Source: Cyanophora paradoxa CCMP329 (lineage: Eukaryota > Plantae > Glaucophyta). Taken from it: a stretch of DNA of 64,000 bases. Below, one piece after another: positions 37,129-48,759 of the stretch; the stretch's first letter is position 1, and the number at the start of each line of letters is the position of its first letter. The position numbers and the translations under genes were made by a program. The stretch covers positions 12,570-76,569 of the forward strand of contig QPMI01000191.1 in NCBI GenBank assembly GCA_004431415.1. Reading direction: 5' to 3'. The notes under the pieces were generated by a model, which saw nothing but the letters and a program-made list of their open reading frames with translations, was not told the DNA's origin and did not search any database.

Positions 37129-38501
37129 CTATCGCTTCCGCTTGGCGCCCTTTTTGGGCTTGAGCTGCATCTCGATCTCTGCCTGGCGGGCGGCGGCGGC
37201 GGCCTGGCGCTGGGCCTCCTCGGCCTGCCGCTTGGCGGCCTCGACCTGGACGCGGCGCTGCTGCTCGATCTCCTCGAGCAGCCGCTCCTGCTCCCGCTTC
37301 TTCCCCTCCCGCTTCTCCTCCGCCGCCCGCCGCCTCGCCACCTGCCGCCGGCGGGCCTCGGGCGGGGGCGCGCGCGGCGGGCGCCGCGGGGCGCACCTCC
37401 TCGTAAGAGTCGTAGCGGGGGCAGTGCTTGGAGGAGCGCGCGTGGCCGGCCTCCCCGCACGCCCCGCACCGCTGCCCCCGCACCTTCTTCTCCGACTCCG
37501 ACCCAGCGGCCGCCCCCCGCCCGAGCCGGCGGGTCCCGCGCCCCGCCGGCCCCGCCCGGCGCCGGCGTCCCCGCCGCCTCCCACCGGGGCGGGCGGGGCG
37601 GGGCGTGTGCGCGCAGGGCGCGCGCTCGCGCTCGAGGAGGAGGCCCGGCGGGCCCGAGCTCGAGCGCGCCCCTGCCGCGGGGCGTCGGCGCGGGGGCGCC
37701 CAGTGGCGTGCGCGCCCCGCCGGCCCCCGCACCGGCCGCCGTGCTCGCGTAAGGCGTGCGCTCGCGCTCGAAGAGGGGCGCTCCGCCCGAGCCGCCCGCT
37801 GCGGGGCCGGCGTGAGGTCCGGCAGCTCTCTGGGGAGAGCGGCCTGCGCGGCGGGCGGACCGGCCGGGCTGCCTCCGTAGGGCGCCCGCGGGCGGCCCGG
37901 GATGGCGGGCCTGCCCGGGCTGCAGGGCGCGGGAGGGTGGGCGGCGGGGCGGGCGGGGAGGGGCGCGGAGGGGCGCACCGAAGGGCGAGCTGCTCTCCGC
38001 CAGCACTTCGTCGTCGTCGGTGTCGCCGCCGTCGTCGCTGCCGGCGCCCCCGCCCCGCGAGCCCTGCCCCCGCCACTCGGAGGGCGCCGGGGCGGGCACG
38101 CCGCGCCGCGCTCGCCGCCGCGCACCGTGAAGGCGGGCGGGGCCGGGCGCAGGGCGGCCGGCGCTCCGGTAGTATTCCTCCTGCCGCCGCCGCTGGGCCT
38201 CCCGCAGCTGCTCCTCGAGGTCCCCGGGCCGCCGGGCCCCGCCCCGCCGAGCTCGCCGCGTGCCGGCGCGGGGCGGCGGGGCTGGACGGGCGGGGCGGCG
38301 TCGCCCCAGGCCTCTGCCTGGAGGCGCCGCGCGAGGGCCTCGTCCTCCGCCTCCTGCCCCCGCCACGCGCCCCCGCGGCCCCGCCGCCCCGCCGCCTCGG
38401 GCTCCTCCAGCACCACCAGATCCGCCTCGCCGCGCGCCGCCGCCGGGCCCGCCGCAAGCTCGAACTCGAGGGTCCTTCTCCGACAATGAGGACGTCGCGG
38501 T

Positions 38502-38537
<36 letters not shown>

Positions 38538-41500
38538 GGGCGGCGGCGGGGCGGGCGGGGGCGGGCGAGGGGCGCGGGGCGGGCCCGGGCTGCGGAGCGG
38601 GGGCCGAGCGCGACGAGGTCGTCGTCGTCGTCGTCGCTGAGGAGCACCTCGGGCGGGGCGCGGGGGGCGGGGAGCTCGAGGGCGGGCCGGCTGCGGGGCG
38701 GGCGGGGGCGGGAGGGCGGCGGGGCGTGCCCGCCCCCTCCGCCTCCCCCTCGTCCGAGTCCGGGAGGGAGAGGACCTCAGCGAGGGCCCGCTCCCTCTCC
38801 TCCTCCTCCCCGTCCCCGTCCTCTCCGCTCAGCGCCTCCCTGCGCCCCCGCGCTCGACACGCCCCGCCAGCGGGAGGGCACGGGGGGAGGGGCAGGCGCA
38901 CAGCTCGTCGAAGCCGCTCAGGTCGATCACGGGAGGGGCCGCCCCGGGCGGCGGCCTTCCCGAACGGCGTCGGATGGGCGCGGAGCACTGCATCGGGGCG
39001 AGGGCGAGGGAGGCGGACACGGGGGGCCGCGGGGGCGGCTCGTCGGGCTGCGTGTCCAGCACGATGGGCTCCGGGGCCGCCGGCGGGTCCGCGCCCCGGC
39101 GACCCTCGCCCACCTGCGCGCGCCCCGTCGGCCGGCGGCGGCGGGCGGGGCGGGAGGGCGGGGGGCGCGGCACCGCTCGATGGCCTCTTGGGCGGCCTCC
39201 TGGGACTCGGCTCGCCAGACGTGCACCCCGCGCTCCACCTGCCCGCGCGGGGGCCCCAGGGCTCGGCGAACTCCCGGGCGCCCGAGCCGGCGCTCCCGGC
39301 CCCGAGCGGACCTGGAAGCAGAGCTGCCACTCGTGGGAGACGGCCACGGGGAGCGTGACCTCCCTCACGCGCCGCAGCTCGGCGCGCAGCTCGTCGGCCA
39401 TGGCCCGTTGCCGCGCCGCGTCGGGCGTCGGGGCGCCGGCGCGGCGCGCCCACGCGAACCAGGCGTCGACGTAGGCGCGGAGGAGGCGCGAGAGCTCCGC
39501 GGAGGCCTCCCGGTTGTACTTCTCCAGCCCCTTCAGCAGCAGCAGGCCCCCCGCCGGCGGCAGCAGCCTCAGCGTCTCCTCGCGCCCCGCCAGGATCGCC
39601 TCCACGAAATCTTTGGCCCAGACGGCCCGCACATCCCGCCGCCGCGCCCGCTCGCCGGCCCAGGGCGCAGCCTCCGCGGCGGCGGCGGCGGGGCCGCGGC
39701 GGGAGCGGCCGACGCGGTTGACCTCGTCGAGGGTGGGCCCGGGGGCGGGGGCGGGGGCGGGGGCGCGGCGGGCGGCGAGGCGGGCCATGCGGGCGATCCA
39801 GCGGCTGCTCTGGAAGAGGCTCGGCGAGAAGACGACGTGGAGCGCGTCCTGCCGGCCCCCTCAGCTCGAGCCGCCCGCGCAGAGGGGCGTGCGGGCGGGG
39901 CGCGGGGGCGGGCCTCGAAGGCGGTCTTGGCGAGGGCCTCGCGGGCCTCCTCGAGGGTGACGGCGAGGCCGGGCCGGGCGAGGGCGTGCCGGCTCCCCTC
40001 CACGAGGTACACCAGCGCCGCCAGCCCGCTCGCCTTCATCCGCCGCTTCTGCCTCTCGAAGCGCCCGTCCCGCAGCGAGTTGGCGAGGTCGAGCCAGGTC
40101 TTGCGCTCGACGCAGAGGGGCAGCGGGCGGGCCTCGGGGGCGGCCTCGGCGCCCGGGGGGAGGGCGACGTAGTCCCCGACCTTGAGGTCCGCCTTGGCGA
40201 GGCGCAACCCCTCCAGCCCCATCAGCTCCCTCACCTGCGCGGCCCTCAGAGGCCAAGGCGCGGGAGCGGAGCTAGGAGGCGCCCGGAGGGCGGGCGCGCG
40301 CCTTGTCGAAGGAGGGCTCGTTGGCGTCCATGAGGAGAAGGGGCGTCGCGGCGGGGTCGTCGGGAGCCGGCGGGAGGGGCGCCAGGCCGCCGTACTCGGC
40401 GCTGCGGGCGGCCTCGAGGGCCTCCTCGAAGGCGGCGAGGGCCTGCGCGATCGACCGCCCCGCCGGCTTCAGGCTGTACGTCGCCGGCGCCGTGTTCTCC
40501 TTCTCCACCAGCCCTGCCCCCCGCGTCGGGGGAGGCGAGGGAAGGGGCAGGAGAGGGGAGAGGGGGCGCGCCCTTCTCGATGAGGCCCTCGATGCCGTCG
40601 AAGGCGCCGTGGGAGGTCGCGCCCCCGCCCGAGTCCGCCAGGTCGCTCTCCGTGTACCCCTGGCCCCGCGCCTTCAGCGCCTGCGCGCAGCGTGAGGCCG
40701 CGGCGCGGGGCGCGGCGGGGCGGGGCGGGGCGGGGCGGGGCGGGCGGGGGCGCCTCCTCGTCGAGGCTGTAGCGGGCGGCGGAGGCGGCCCTGAAGAGGG
40801 CGACGAGGAGGGCGTAGGGCCCCGAGCGCGCCCTCGGCGGTACCTCAGCTCCCCCGCCCCGCCCCCTCCCTTCGCCCTCCCCGCCGGGAGCCCGAAGACC
40901 TCAGCCCGCGCCGCCACGCGCCGCCGCCTGCGCCCGGCCCGGCCCCGCCCCGCTCAGAGGGCGAGGGCGGGGCGGAAAGAAGGGCGGGCGGCTCACTTGG
41001 CGGAGGGAGGGGTCGCGAGGCCGGCGTCCGCCGCGGCCAGGCGGGGGGCCGCCGGGGAGACGGTCGCGAGGGCCGAGCTCGAGGCCCGGGACGGGGTGCC
41101 CTTGCCGCGCCGCCGAGCGCCGCCCGCCGCGGCCCCCCGGGCGCGGTCGTCCGCGGGGCAGAACTCCTCGATGAAGCGAGAGAGCTGCGCCCCGGGTGAG
41201 GCCCGGCCGCCGCGGCGGCGTGCCGCAGGGGAGGCGGGGGACGGCGCACGGGCTCGCGCTCGCCGGGGCGCGGGGCGGAGGCGATCTCGTGGAAGCGCTC
41301 GAAGCCGGGGCGGAGCTGCCCGAAGAGCCAGCTCCGCAGGCCCCGCTTCTGCCGCTCCTTCGCCAGCGCCTTCGCCTCCGCCTCAAATGCTTCGAAGCTG
41401 GGGAAGTACCGCGGCTGGCCCGGCCGGCTTCGGGGCGGGAGGGGCCGGGCCGGTGAGAAGGCCGTGGGGCGAACAGCTGCAGGTTCGGTGAGGAGCGGCA

Positions 41501-41986
41501 CCTATTTCTCGAGTTGAACAAGATTGAGAGGAGGAGCGCGCCGGAAATCTCCCTCGACTGCCAATCCCGCTCGCCCTTCTTGTCGCCCCGTCCAAACGCG
41601 TCCACCTTCTCGTGCTTCGCCCGGTCGACAGCCTGCACAGCGGTGGTCGCAAGGGGGTCCGGCGGCGACGCGAGGGTGGGTACGGCGAATCCGGAGGCGC
41701 GAACCATCGACGCGCACGCCGCTAGATGGGGGTTCGAGCATGTCTCGATGATGTCGCCGTCTTTCAGTGAGTAGTAGCCCAGCGAGCGGTCGTCCTCGAG
41801 CGGCACGTATTCGCCGCCGGCGCCGTCGTGCCGCCACACGAAGAGCTCCTTTACCTTCCCGCCGAGCTTCTGCTTCAGGGTCCCAACGTTGAGCGACACG
41901 TCGACGACGCGCGTCTGCGGGTCCACGCCGCGTTTGTAGCTTTTGCCGCGGATTTTCAGCTCTAGGGTCCAGGTGATGTCAGCCAT
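37129..41986 (-). CDS. MUS81-like ERCC4 structure-specific endonuclease with an N-terminal ubiquitin-like domain and a C-terminal zinc knuckle
   Basis: LEDDRSLGYYSLKDGDII (UBL); PYALLVAL..YSLKPAG (winged helix); LKVGDY..VERKTWLDLANSLRDGRFERQKRRM..VYLVEG (ERCC4); CGACGEAGHARSSKHCP. The single-gene model needs a few 1-nt corrections. Confidence 0.8.
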
Positions 41987-42207
41987 AAGGACAAGCTTTC
42001 TAACTGTGCGAGCGGCCGATACCGCGGCGATGCGCGTTTATCCGGATGCGCGTTCACTTCCGCCGATTGATGAACGTGCGGCGAATATCGCTCATTCACA
42101 GTGCTAGCTATAGTGGCCGATGAAATGTGCTAACGACCAATACGCGCTTCTTCTGCTGCCTAAACGGTTCGCGGCCGGGCCGTCGGAGACGAGGCGCAGA
42201 CTCTGAG

Positions 42208-42362
42208 AAAGGCTGCAGCTGCTGCGCTGCTGCGACGGAAGGGCTGCAGCTGCTGCGCTGCGCTTGCCGATCGACCGCGTACCCGCCGAGCCGATCGACC
42301 GCGTACCCGCCTGCAGGCTGCTGGCAGCCTGCTGCCAGCCTGCTGGCAGCCTGTTGCCAGCC
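42208..42362. repeat. Nested short duplications in the promoter or 5' UTR
   Basis: GGCTGCAGCTGCTGCGCTGC x2; GCCGATCGACCGCGTACCCGCC x2; alternating CTGCTGGCAGC/CTGCTGCCAGC units. Confidence 0.8.
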
Positions 42363-42379
42363 GCTGCGACCCATGCCTG

Positions 42380-43037
42380 ATGAAGGGCGTGAAAGCGGCG
42401 GACAGCTCAAGCGCGACGGCACAGCGCATCGCTGAGCTGAAGGAGGTGCGGGCCGCATCGCGCGCGTACCGCGTCAGCTGCAGTGTTGAACCCATCGCAG
42501 CGTTTGGCTCGCACAGTTGAGCAAATCAAGAACACTGAGGAGATCGTCGGCGCCTCCGTCAATGCGCGTGTGCAAGCGTTGGAAGAGACGCGCCAGAGGC
42601 TGAGCCTATCTCGAGCGACGCTGCGAAAGAAAGAGGAGCTCCTGACGTACCTGCAGGTACCGGCGCTGCGCGCACGGTTACTCTAAATCACCGTGCGCAT
42701 GCGCGTGTGATTGCTGACCCACGCGCGCGTGCCGCCGAACCAGGAGCGGGAGGCGGCGCTGCAGACGGAGTCGAAGTCGCGGGCGGGGCAGATGGAGCAG
42801 CTGCGGCAGGAGCTGTTTGCCGCGGAGGCGGCCGTGCGAGAGCAGCGGGCGGCGAGCGGCGAGCGAGACGAAGAGCTCCGGATGGCGCAGGCGCGCATGG
42901 CCCGCAACGAGGCCGCCCTTGCGAGGCTTCGAGCGCAGCACGCGGCGCTCCAGGCGCAGGCGCTGGCGCAGACCTCCGGCCTGGCGGCCAGCGGAGACGA
43001 GGGCGCCGATGCAGCCACAGCCAAGGCCGCCACGTAG
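42380..43037 (+). CDS. Small coiled-coil protein, unknown function
   Basis: Three phase-0 exons: MKGVKAADSSSATAQRIAELKE / RLARTVEQIK..LTYLQ / EREAALQTE.. Confidence 0.65.
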
Positions 43038-43488
43038 CGAACATTGGCGCCTTGGCCCGATTTCTTCTGCAAAGGGCGCCCCTGCAGATCTAGAGATGTG
43101 CATGTGCAGCCGCGTCGCCTCTCGTGCCGATTTTCAAAGCGTGCAGCCTCGTCGCCGCTGGCAGCATGCAGCTCGGGCCTCTGTCAGCTGCAGGGGATAG
43201 GAGCCTCTGCGTAGCAATGCGCGTCTGCAGCCGCTGAGCCATGGTCAAGCCAGCCGGCACTTGTCGTTCCGCAAAGCCTGATCGGTTCCCGATGTCGACC
43301 GTAGGGATGTCGACAGTCGTATTGTTGAGCCGTATGTACAATCACACTCTGCCCTCGCCGAGTCGGGATCGAAAGCCGTGGCCAGTGGATCCGGAGAGAG
43401 GGATGGGAGACGGGACGGGCGCTCGCAGAGAGAGGCAGGGGAGCGGGCGGGAAGGAGCCCGGGGGGCCTCGGAGGCGGCGGGGAGGGG

Positions 43489-44434
43489 TCAAGAGAGGAA
43501 CTTGGCGGCGCGGGCGGGGTCCGGGTCACTCAGGCGGCACTCGTCGCGCCTCCCGAAGAAGCTGTAGCGGTTGCTCGCCACCTGCGGGCGCGTTGAGCCC
43601 AGTGCTCGGGTTCCAGAGCTGCGGGGAGAGGCGGCGGCGGCGGCGGCGGAGGCGGCTCGCCTGGTCGTAGAGGAGGTCGCGGACGAAGGGGGGCACGCCG
43701 AGGCCGAGCAGGGCGAGGAGGGGGAGCGGGTTCTGCAGGCGCCGCCCTATCCGCAGCACCGCCTCGCTCTTGGTGAAGGCCCGGCCCTCCGAGATCAGCA
43801 CGATCGTCGAGATGTCGTCCGGGTCCCGGCCGGCGGCCCGCAGCAGGGAGCGGCCCTGCGCGAGAATGCGTGAGTGGCGAGCGCTTGCGATAAGCATTGC
43901 GCATTAATATTGGCCCGTGGCTCGTGAGGGAACGCACTTTCTCGCTCTGGAGCGCGGCGAACCTGAAAGCGTCGCCGCTCTCGAACCAAAGCACGAACTC
44001 GACCCCTCCGTTGCACCTACGTATACAGCGTGGAGGCCCCTTAATGAGCATGTGCACGTGCAAGCGCAGCGTTCAGCTCAGGATCGCCGCGCGAGCGCGC
44101 ACAGGCCACAGACGCCGTCGTAAAGAATCACGGGCTTCGTCTCGCGTCGGAGTACCTCCGGATCCATGGCGCTTGCGCGGGCTCGACAGCTCTCGATGCC
44201 CGCTCCGGCTGCGGTGCTCGCTGACGCCGCTGGGGTCTCCGGTCGCAGACTGGCACTACATCCGAACACGGTGGACGAAGTGAATCGGACGCTGGCAGGC
44301 TCCGCCTGAGCTGACGTGTGCTCCAGTCGCCGGGCCGGTCGCCTTCCGGCTTCACAGGCGACCGAATGAAGCGTTAGTGTAGAGCGCGTGCCGTTGCCGG
44401 CGCGCGCCTGCGGCGAGGCGCAGCCGATGAACAT
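43489..44434 (-). CDS. DCC1-like thiol-disulfide oxidoreductase (DUF393), probably plastid-targeted
   Basis: PVILYDGVCGLCNGGV, FRFAALQS, VRDLLYDQVASNRYSFFG; the N-terminal MFIGCASP.. is Ser/Ala/Arg-rich. Confidence 0.92.
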
Positions 44435-44591
44435 TGGACTACGCGTACCCCGCGGACCGCTTTCAGCTTGCTTTGTCCAGACTTCCCCGGCCTCCGGCGG
44501 CGTCAAGCAGCTTTGGGGGTAGCTAGCGGAGTGTTTAAAGACTGACAGATCCGTAACCGCAAGCAGCTCGGCGGCTTGTCGGCGAACCGCG

Positions 44592-46440
44592 ATGTCGGCG
44601 GCCTCTTCGTCGATGGATCTCTCAGCGAATTCGCCGCTAGATGCAAGCGCGATCGCTTTTCTCGGCGACCTTGAGCGATCGCTGAAAGAGAACTACGACC
44701 CCGACGTGAGCCGCCTAGCAATCGTCGCCGGCGCTTCCTCTCACTGCGCCGGCAGGATGTCGTGGTCGCTTTCCATGTCGACTACACGCGGCTCGGTGCG
44801 CGCTTGCCCGCGCCGCTGCGAGGGCCCGCCCGGACCGCGCCAGACCCGCAAGCTCGCAGGCCTCCAGCGGGGCGTGCTGATCTCAATCACCGGCGCGCCG
44901 GACTGCCTCGGCGCGTGGGACGTCAAGAAGTCGCTCCCCATCAACCAGCACGGCGGCCTCTTCATCCGTGCGCGCCCGCGCTCCCTCCCGCCCACGGGCC
45001 CGCCCCGCATACCGCGGAGGCGAGCGGGGCGCGGCAGACCTCTCCAAGTCGCAAATGCCGCTGGAGTTCAAGTTCATCATCCGCAAGGACATCTCCGCCA
45101 CGGAGCACAGGATCCTCGTGCGCGCCCCCGCCCCCGAGCCCCGCCCCGCTAGCTGTGCCCCGCTGACGCCCCCCGCAGTGGCAGAAGGGTGCCGGCGTGC
45201 CGGCCAGACGCGCCGTGCGCCGCTGAGCGCCTGCGCGCGCGCAGGGGCGAACTTCTCCATCGGCGAGCTCCTCCCCGACCGCAAGACGCTCAACGTGCAG
45301 TTCTTCCTCGGGGAGGGTCCGCCCGCCCCCCGCCCCCACCTCCCGCCGCCCCCGCCCCGCGCGCGGGGAGCTGAGCGCCGCCCCCGGGGGCAGTGACGGA
45401 CTGGGAGAAGAAGCCGCTGAACGCGGGCAACTACGAGTGGGCGGTGTACCAGCCCTTCCTCACCACGCAGTCCTCCTGCGAGGTCGTCATCGGTGCGCCC
45501 GCCGCCGGCAGCGGCGAGCAGCCGGGGGGGCCGCCGGGCGCGAGGTGACGCGGGGCGCCGGCAGAGACGGACCACATGTACCTGGACGCGAAGTCACGGT
45601 CGCGGACGCTGCTGCGGCGCTCGGCGGGGATCATCGGCGACGTCCGCGACGCCGCCGAGCACATCCAGGGCCTCAACATGGAGAAGCTCTACCGCCGCCT
45701 CCTCCAGCTCCACGCCGAGGTCCGCCCCGCCACTCCGCCCCGCTCCGCCCCGGAGGCAGCGAGCTCCGCCCCCCGCCCCCGCTGCGCCTCACGGGGCCGG
45801 GCGGGCGGGCGGCCGGGCAGGTGTCGATCCTGCGGGACTCGATGACGATGGCGGACCCGGAGCCGCCCTCGCTGGCCCGCCACCACGCCGCCATCGCCTC
45901 CGCCTCCTTCTCCACCCCCGCCCCGCCCCGCCCCGCCCCCGGCACCCTCCCCCACTCCGCCTCCGCCGCCCCCTCCCTCGGCCGCGGCGCCGCCCCCTCG
46001 TCCCCGAGCGGCGGCGCGGCGCTGCCGCCGCTCTCGGGGGCGGTGGCGGGGCGCGTCTCGACGCCGACGGGGCGGGTGTCGACGCCGACGTCGCCGCGGG
46101 GCCCCGACGAGGAGGAGCTGCGGGCGGAGGGCGTGGCGTCGCTCTCGCACGAGATCGGGGCGCTGCGGGCGCGCGAGGTGGCCCTCGTGACGGAGCAGTC
46201 GGAGCGGCTGGAGCGGCTGAAGAAGCTCCCCGACGGCCTCTCCAAGACCGTCGAGCGCCAGAAGAAGGAGGGCCTCGAGGCCGAGCTCAAGCGTATCCGC
46301 TCCACCCTCGCCGTCCGCGCCTTTTCCCCTACCCCCCTCCCCCCTCTCCCTCCCTGTCCCCCCAATCTCCGACGCTCCGCTCGCAGGCGAAGGAGCGGAC
46401 GCTGGCGGACATGCAGCAGCGCCTCCACAGCGCTTCCTGA
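44592..46440 (+). CDS. CBM20 starch-binding-domain protein with a C-terminal coiled coil
   Basis: VAFHVDYT..ISITGAPDCLGAWDVKKSLPI..LEFKFII..WQKGAN fits CBM20; C-terminal heptads. Confidence 0.75.
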
Positions 46441-47087
46441 GGGGCCCCGTGCCGGCCGCCCGGGCGGCTCCGACCTCCCGCGCCCCTCCGCCACCCCCCG
46501 GGCTGTGCCGGCGCGTGGTCGCCGCACTTCCCTAGGCCCGTGCCCCGCCTAGCGGGCCGCCGTGGCGTGACCCCCCCGGAGCGCCCTCTTTCCTGGGGCC
46601 TCCGGAGCACCTCCTCCCTCGGCTGGAGGTTGGCTTTCTGTCGGCTGCATGTTGATTGCATCTCTTGAACATGGACGAGCCCCCCGGGCCTCGGAACCCT
46701 GAACCCTGGGCCCTTCGGAGCTAAGCTAAGCTCTTCGCTGACGGGCTGCTGCAGTCGGGGGCCCGGGGCCAGCTTGGCACGCGCAGGGGCTCGCGGCGCT
46801 GCGCCGGCAGGCCGCAGGGCGGCAGGCGGACCAGTCGGGTACGCGTTCAATCGGCTCGTCTTGAGGTTGCAGTCGTCCCAGGCGACAGCCAAATCGTTCT
46901 GCAGTCATCCCATCGTGCATCTGAGCGCGTGCAAGCATACATGTGCGAGGATGCCAAGGATGCCAAGAACTGGCGCGGCAACCGATACGTATACACAGCC
47001 CGAGCAGCTAGCGAGCGCAAAGCTTCGTGCGTGCCAATTCTAATACAATCTCTCCTATAAGTCCCCAGGGCTGAGTACTCCGTCCCC

Positions 47088-47113
47088 AGCTGCCGCTAGA
47101 TCTAGCGGCAGCT
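47088..47113. repeat. Perfect 26-bp palindrome
   Basis: AGCTGCCGCTAGA|TCTAGCGGCAGCT. Confidence 0.95.
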
Positions 47114-47338
47114 CTAGGGCGATGCGGCAGGTCGACGAATCGATGCGCCTCCCTAGCGTACACCCGGACCTTCGGGCGCTTGAATAGATGCAGCTGGGCG
47201 CTTCCCTCGACGCGCACTGCCTTTGTCACACTACCCACACAAAAAGGACCCCCCCCCAGGATTGAAGCTACAGCGCAGAGTAGTTTACCCAAGTTAGTCC
47301 CCAACTGTGTGGGCCCAACACCCTTCTGCGCTTCCAAA

Positions 47339-48584
47339 CTGGCTGGAAGACCGGCGCCGGGCGGCTCGGGAAGTGGCGGCCTTGTCGTCTCAAAGAGCAC
47401 CGTGTACGTCGCGAATCTCGACTACAATCTCACAAACAACGAGTAAGATAGACGAGCGCGTGCTTGGCTTTGCTCGGCGCGCGCTCACTCGTGCACAGCA
47501 TCCATCAACTTTTTAGCCCGCATGGCAAGATCGCAAAGCGCGCGCGCTTCCTGCGTACGTATTGATTGCTTTCTGATCCTACGTTCGCTCGCTTGCTCGT
47601 AGGGTCACCGTCGTGCGGGACAAGGAAACCCGCGCGAGCAAGGGGCTGGCGTTCATCCTGTTTAAGACCATCGAGGATGCCCAGGCGTGCGTGGCGGCTA
47701 TGAACGGTAGCCAAGTCAGCGGCAGGACGATCAAGGTGCGAGCGAGCAGCCTCTCCGCTGCGGTGCGGCGCTCGCTGAGCTAAGCGCATGCATGCGCAGT
47801 GCAGCATCGCGCGAGACAACGGCCGGGCTTCGGAGTTCATCAAGCGGAAAGAGTACAAGGACAAGTCGCGCTGTTTCGAATGCGGGGTCCGCTCGCCGAA
47901 TTTTTGGAGGCTGCACGCGCGTCTCCTCGGCCCATGACCGCCGAACGCAGAGCGAGGGACACCTGTCGTTCGAGTGCCCGCGCAACCAGCTCGGCGACCG
48001 GCCACGGCCCACGGCGGACAAGACCCGCGAGAAGAAGCGCAGGCGGCGGGAGCGGGAGGACGCGGCCAAGCAACCCAGGCGGGCAGACGCCGACAAAGGC
48101 AGCAGCGGCGAGGGCGAGGGGGGAAGCGCGAGGTTCGCCTGCGAGCGCCATCTTTGGCGGATTTCTGCTAAGATTGTCAAGCAGCGAGGACGACGAGATC
48201 GGTCTGGCAACGTTGGCTGCGGGCGCCCCGGCCCCTCGCGGCCCGCCAGCGGGCGCCCCGCCCCCTCGCGGCCCGCCTGGCAGGCCCAGGCCCGCGCCTG
48301 CGAGGTCAGCGACCTCGCCGCGCGCGCCTCCCGCGCGCCCTCATCCCGGACTCCGCAGGGCGCCCGCCGGCCCCGCAGCGGGGTGGGGCGGGCCCAGGGC
48401 GGCGGCCGGGGCCGGGGAGGAGGGGTACGGGGAGGCCGAGGATGCAGCGGAGGAGAGCTGGGCTGGGCCGCGGCCGCTGCCGGCGGCGGCCCCCGGAGCG
48501 GGGCGGGGGGCGCGCAACCCGCTCGCGGAGCCGCACGCCGTTCGCGCGGGCTACTTCTCCGACGAGGACGGCGACGGCGACTGA
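47339..48584 (+). CDS. ZCRB1: U11/U12 snRNP 31-kDa protein (RRM plus CCHC knuckle); start codon uncertain
   Basis: [91 protein letters not shown]. Confidence 0.95.
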
Positions 48585-48759
48585 CAGACGCTGCTCTTAG
48601 CCCCTCCTCCCATCCGCCACCCGGGCCGCCGCTGCCCCCGCGACCCGGGCAGCCCCGCCCCGGCCGCCCGAGCCGCCCTGCCCCGCCCCGAGGCGCTCCC
48701 CTCGGGATACGCGAAACGAAAAGTGATTGTTAGGTCCTGCCTAGGAAATAGAGGTGGGG

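Noticed and set aside
46600-47300. Possible small gene between the CBM20 gene and ZCRB1
   Set aside because: No consistent spliced frame or recognisable product.
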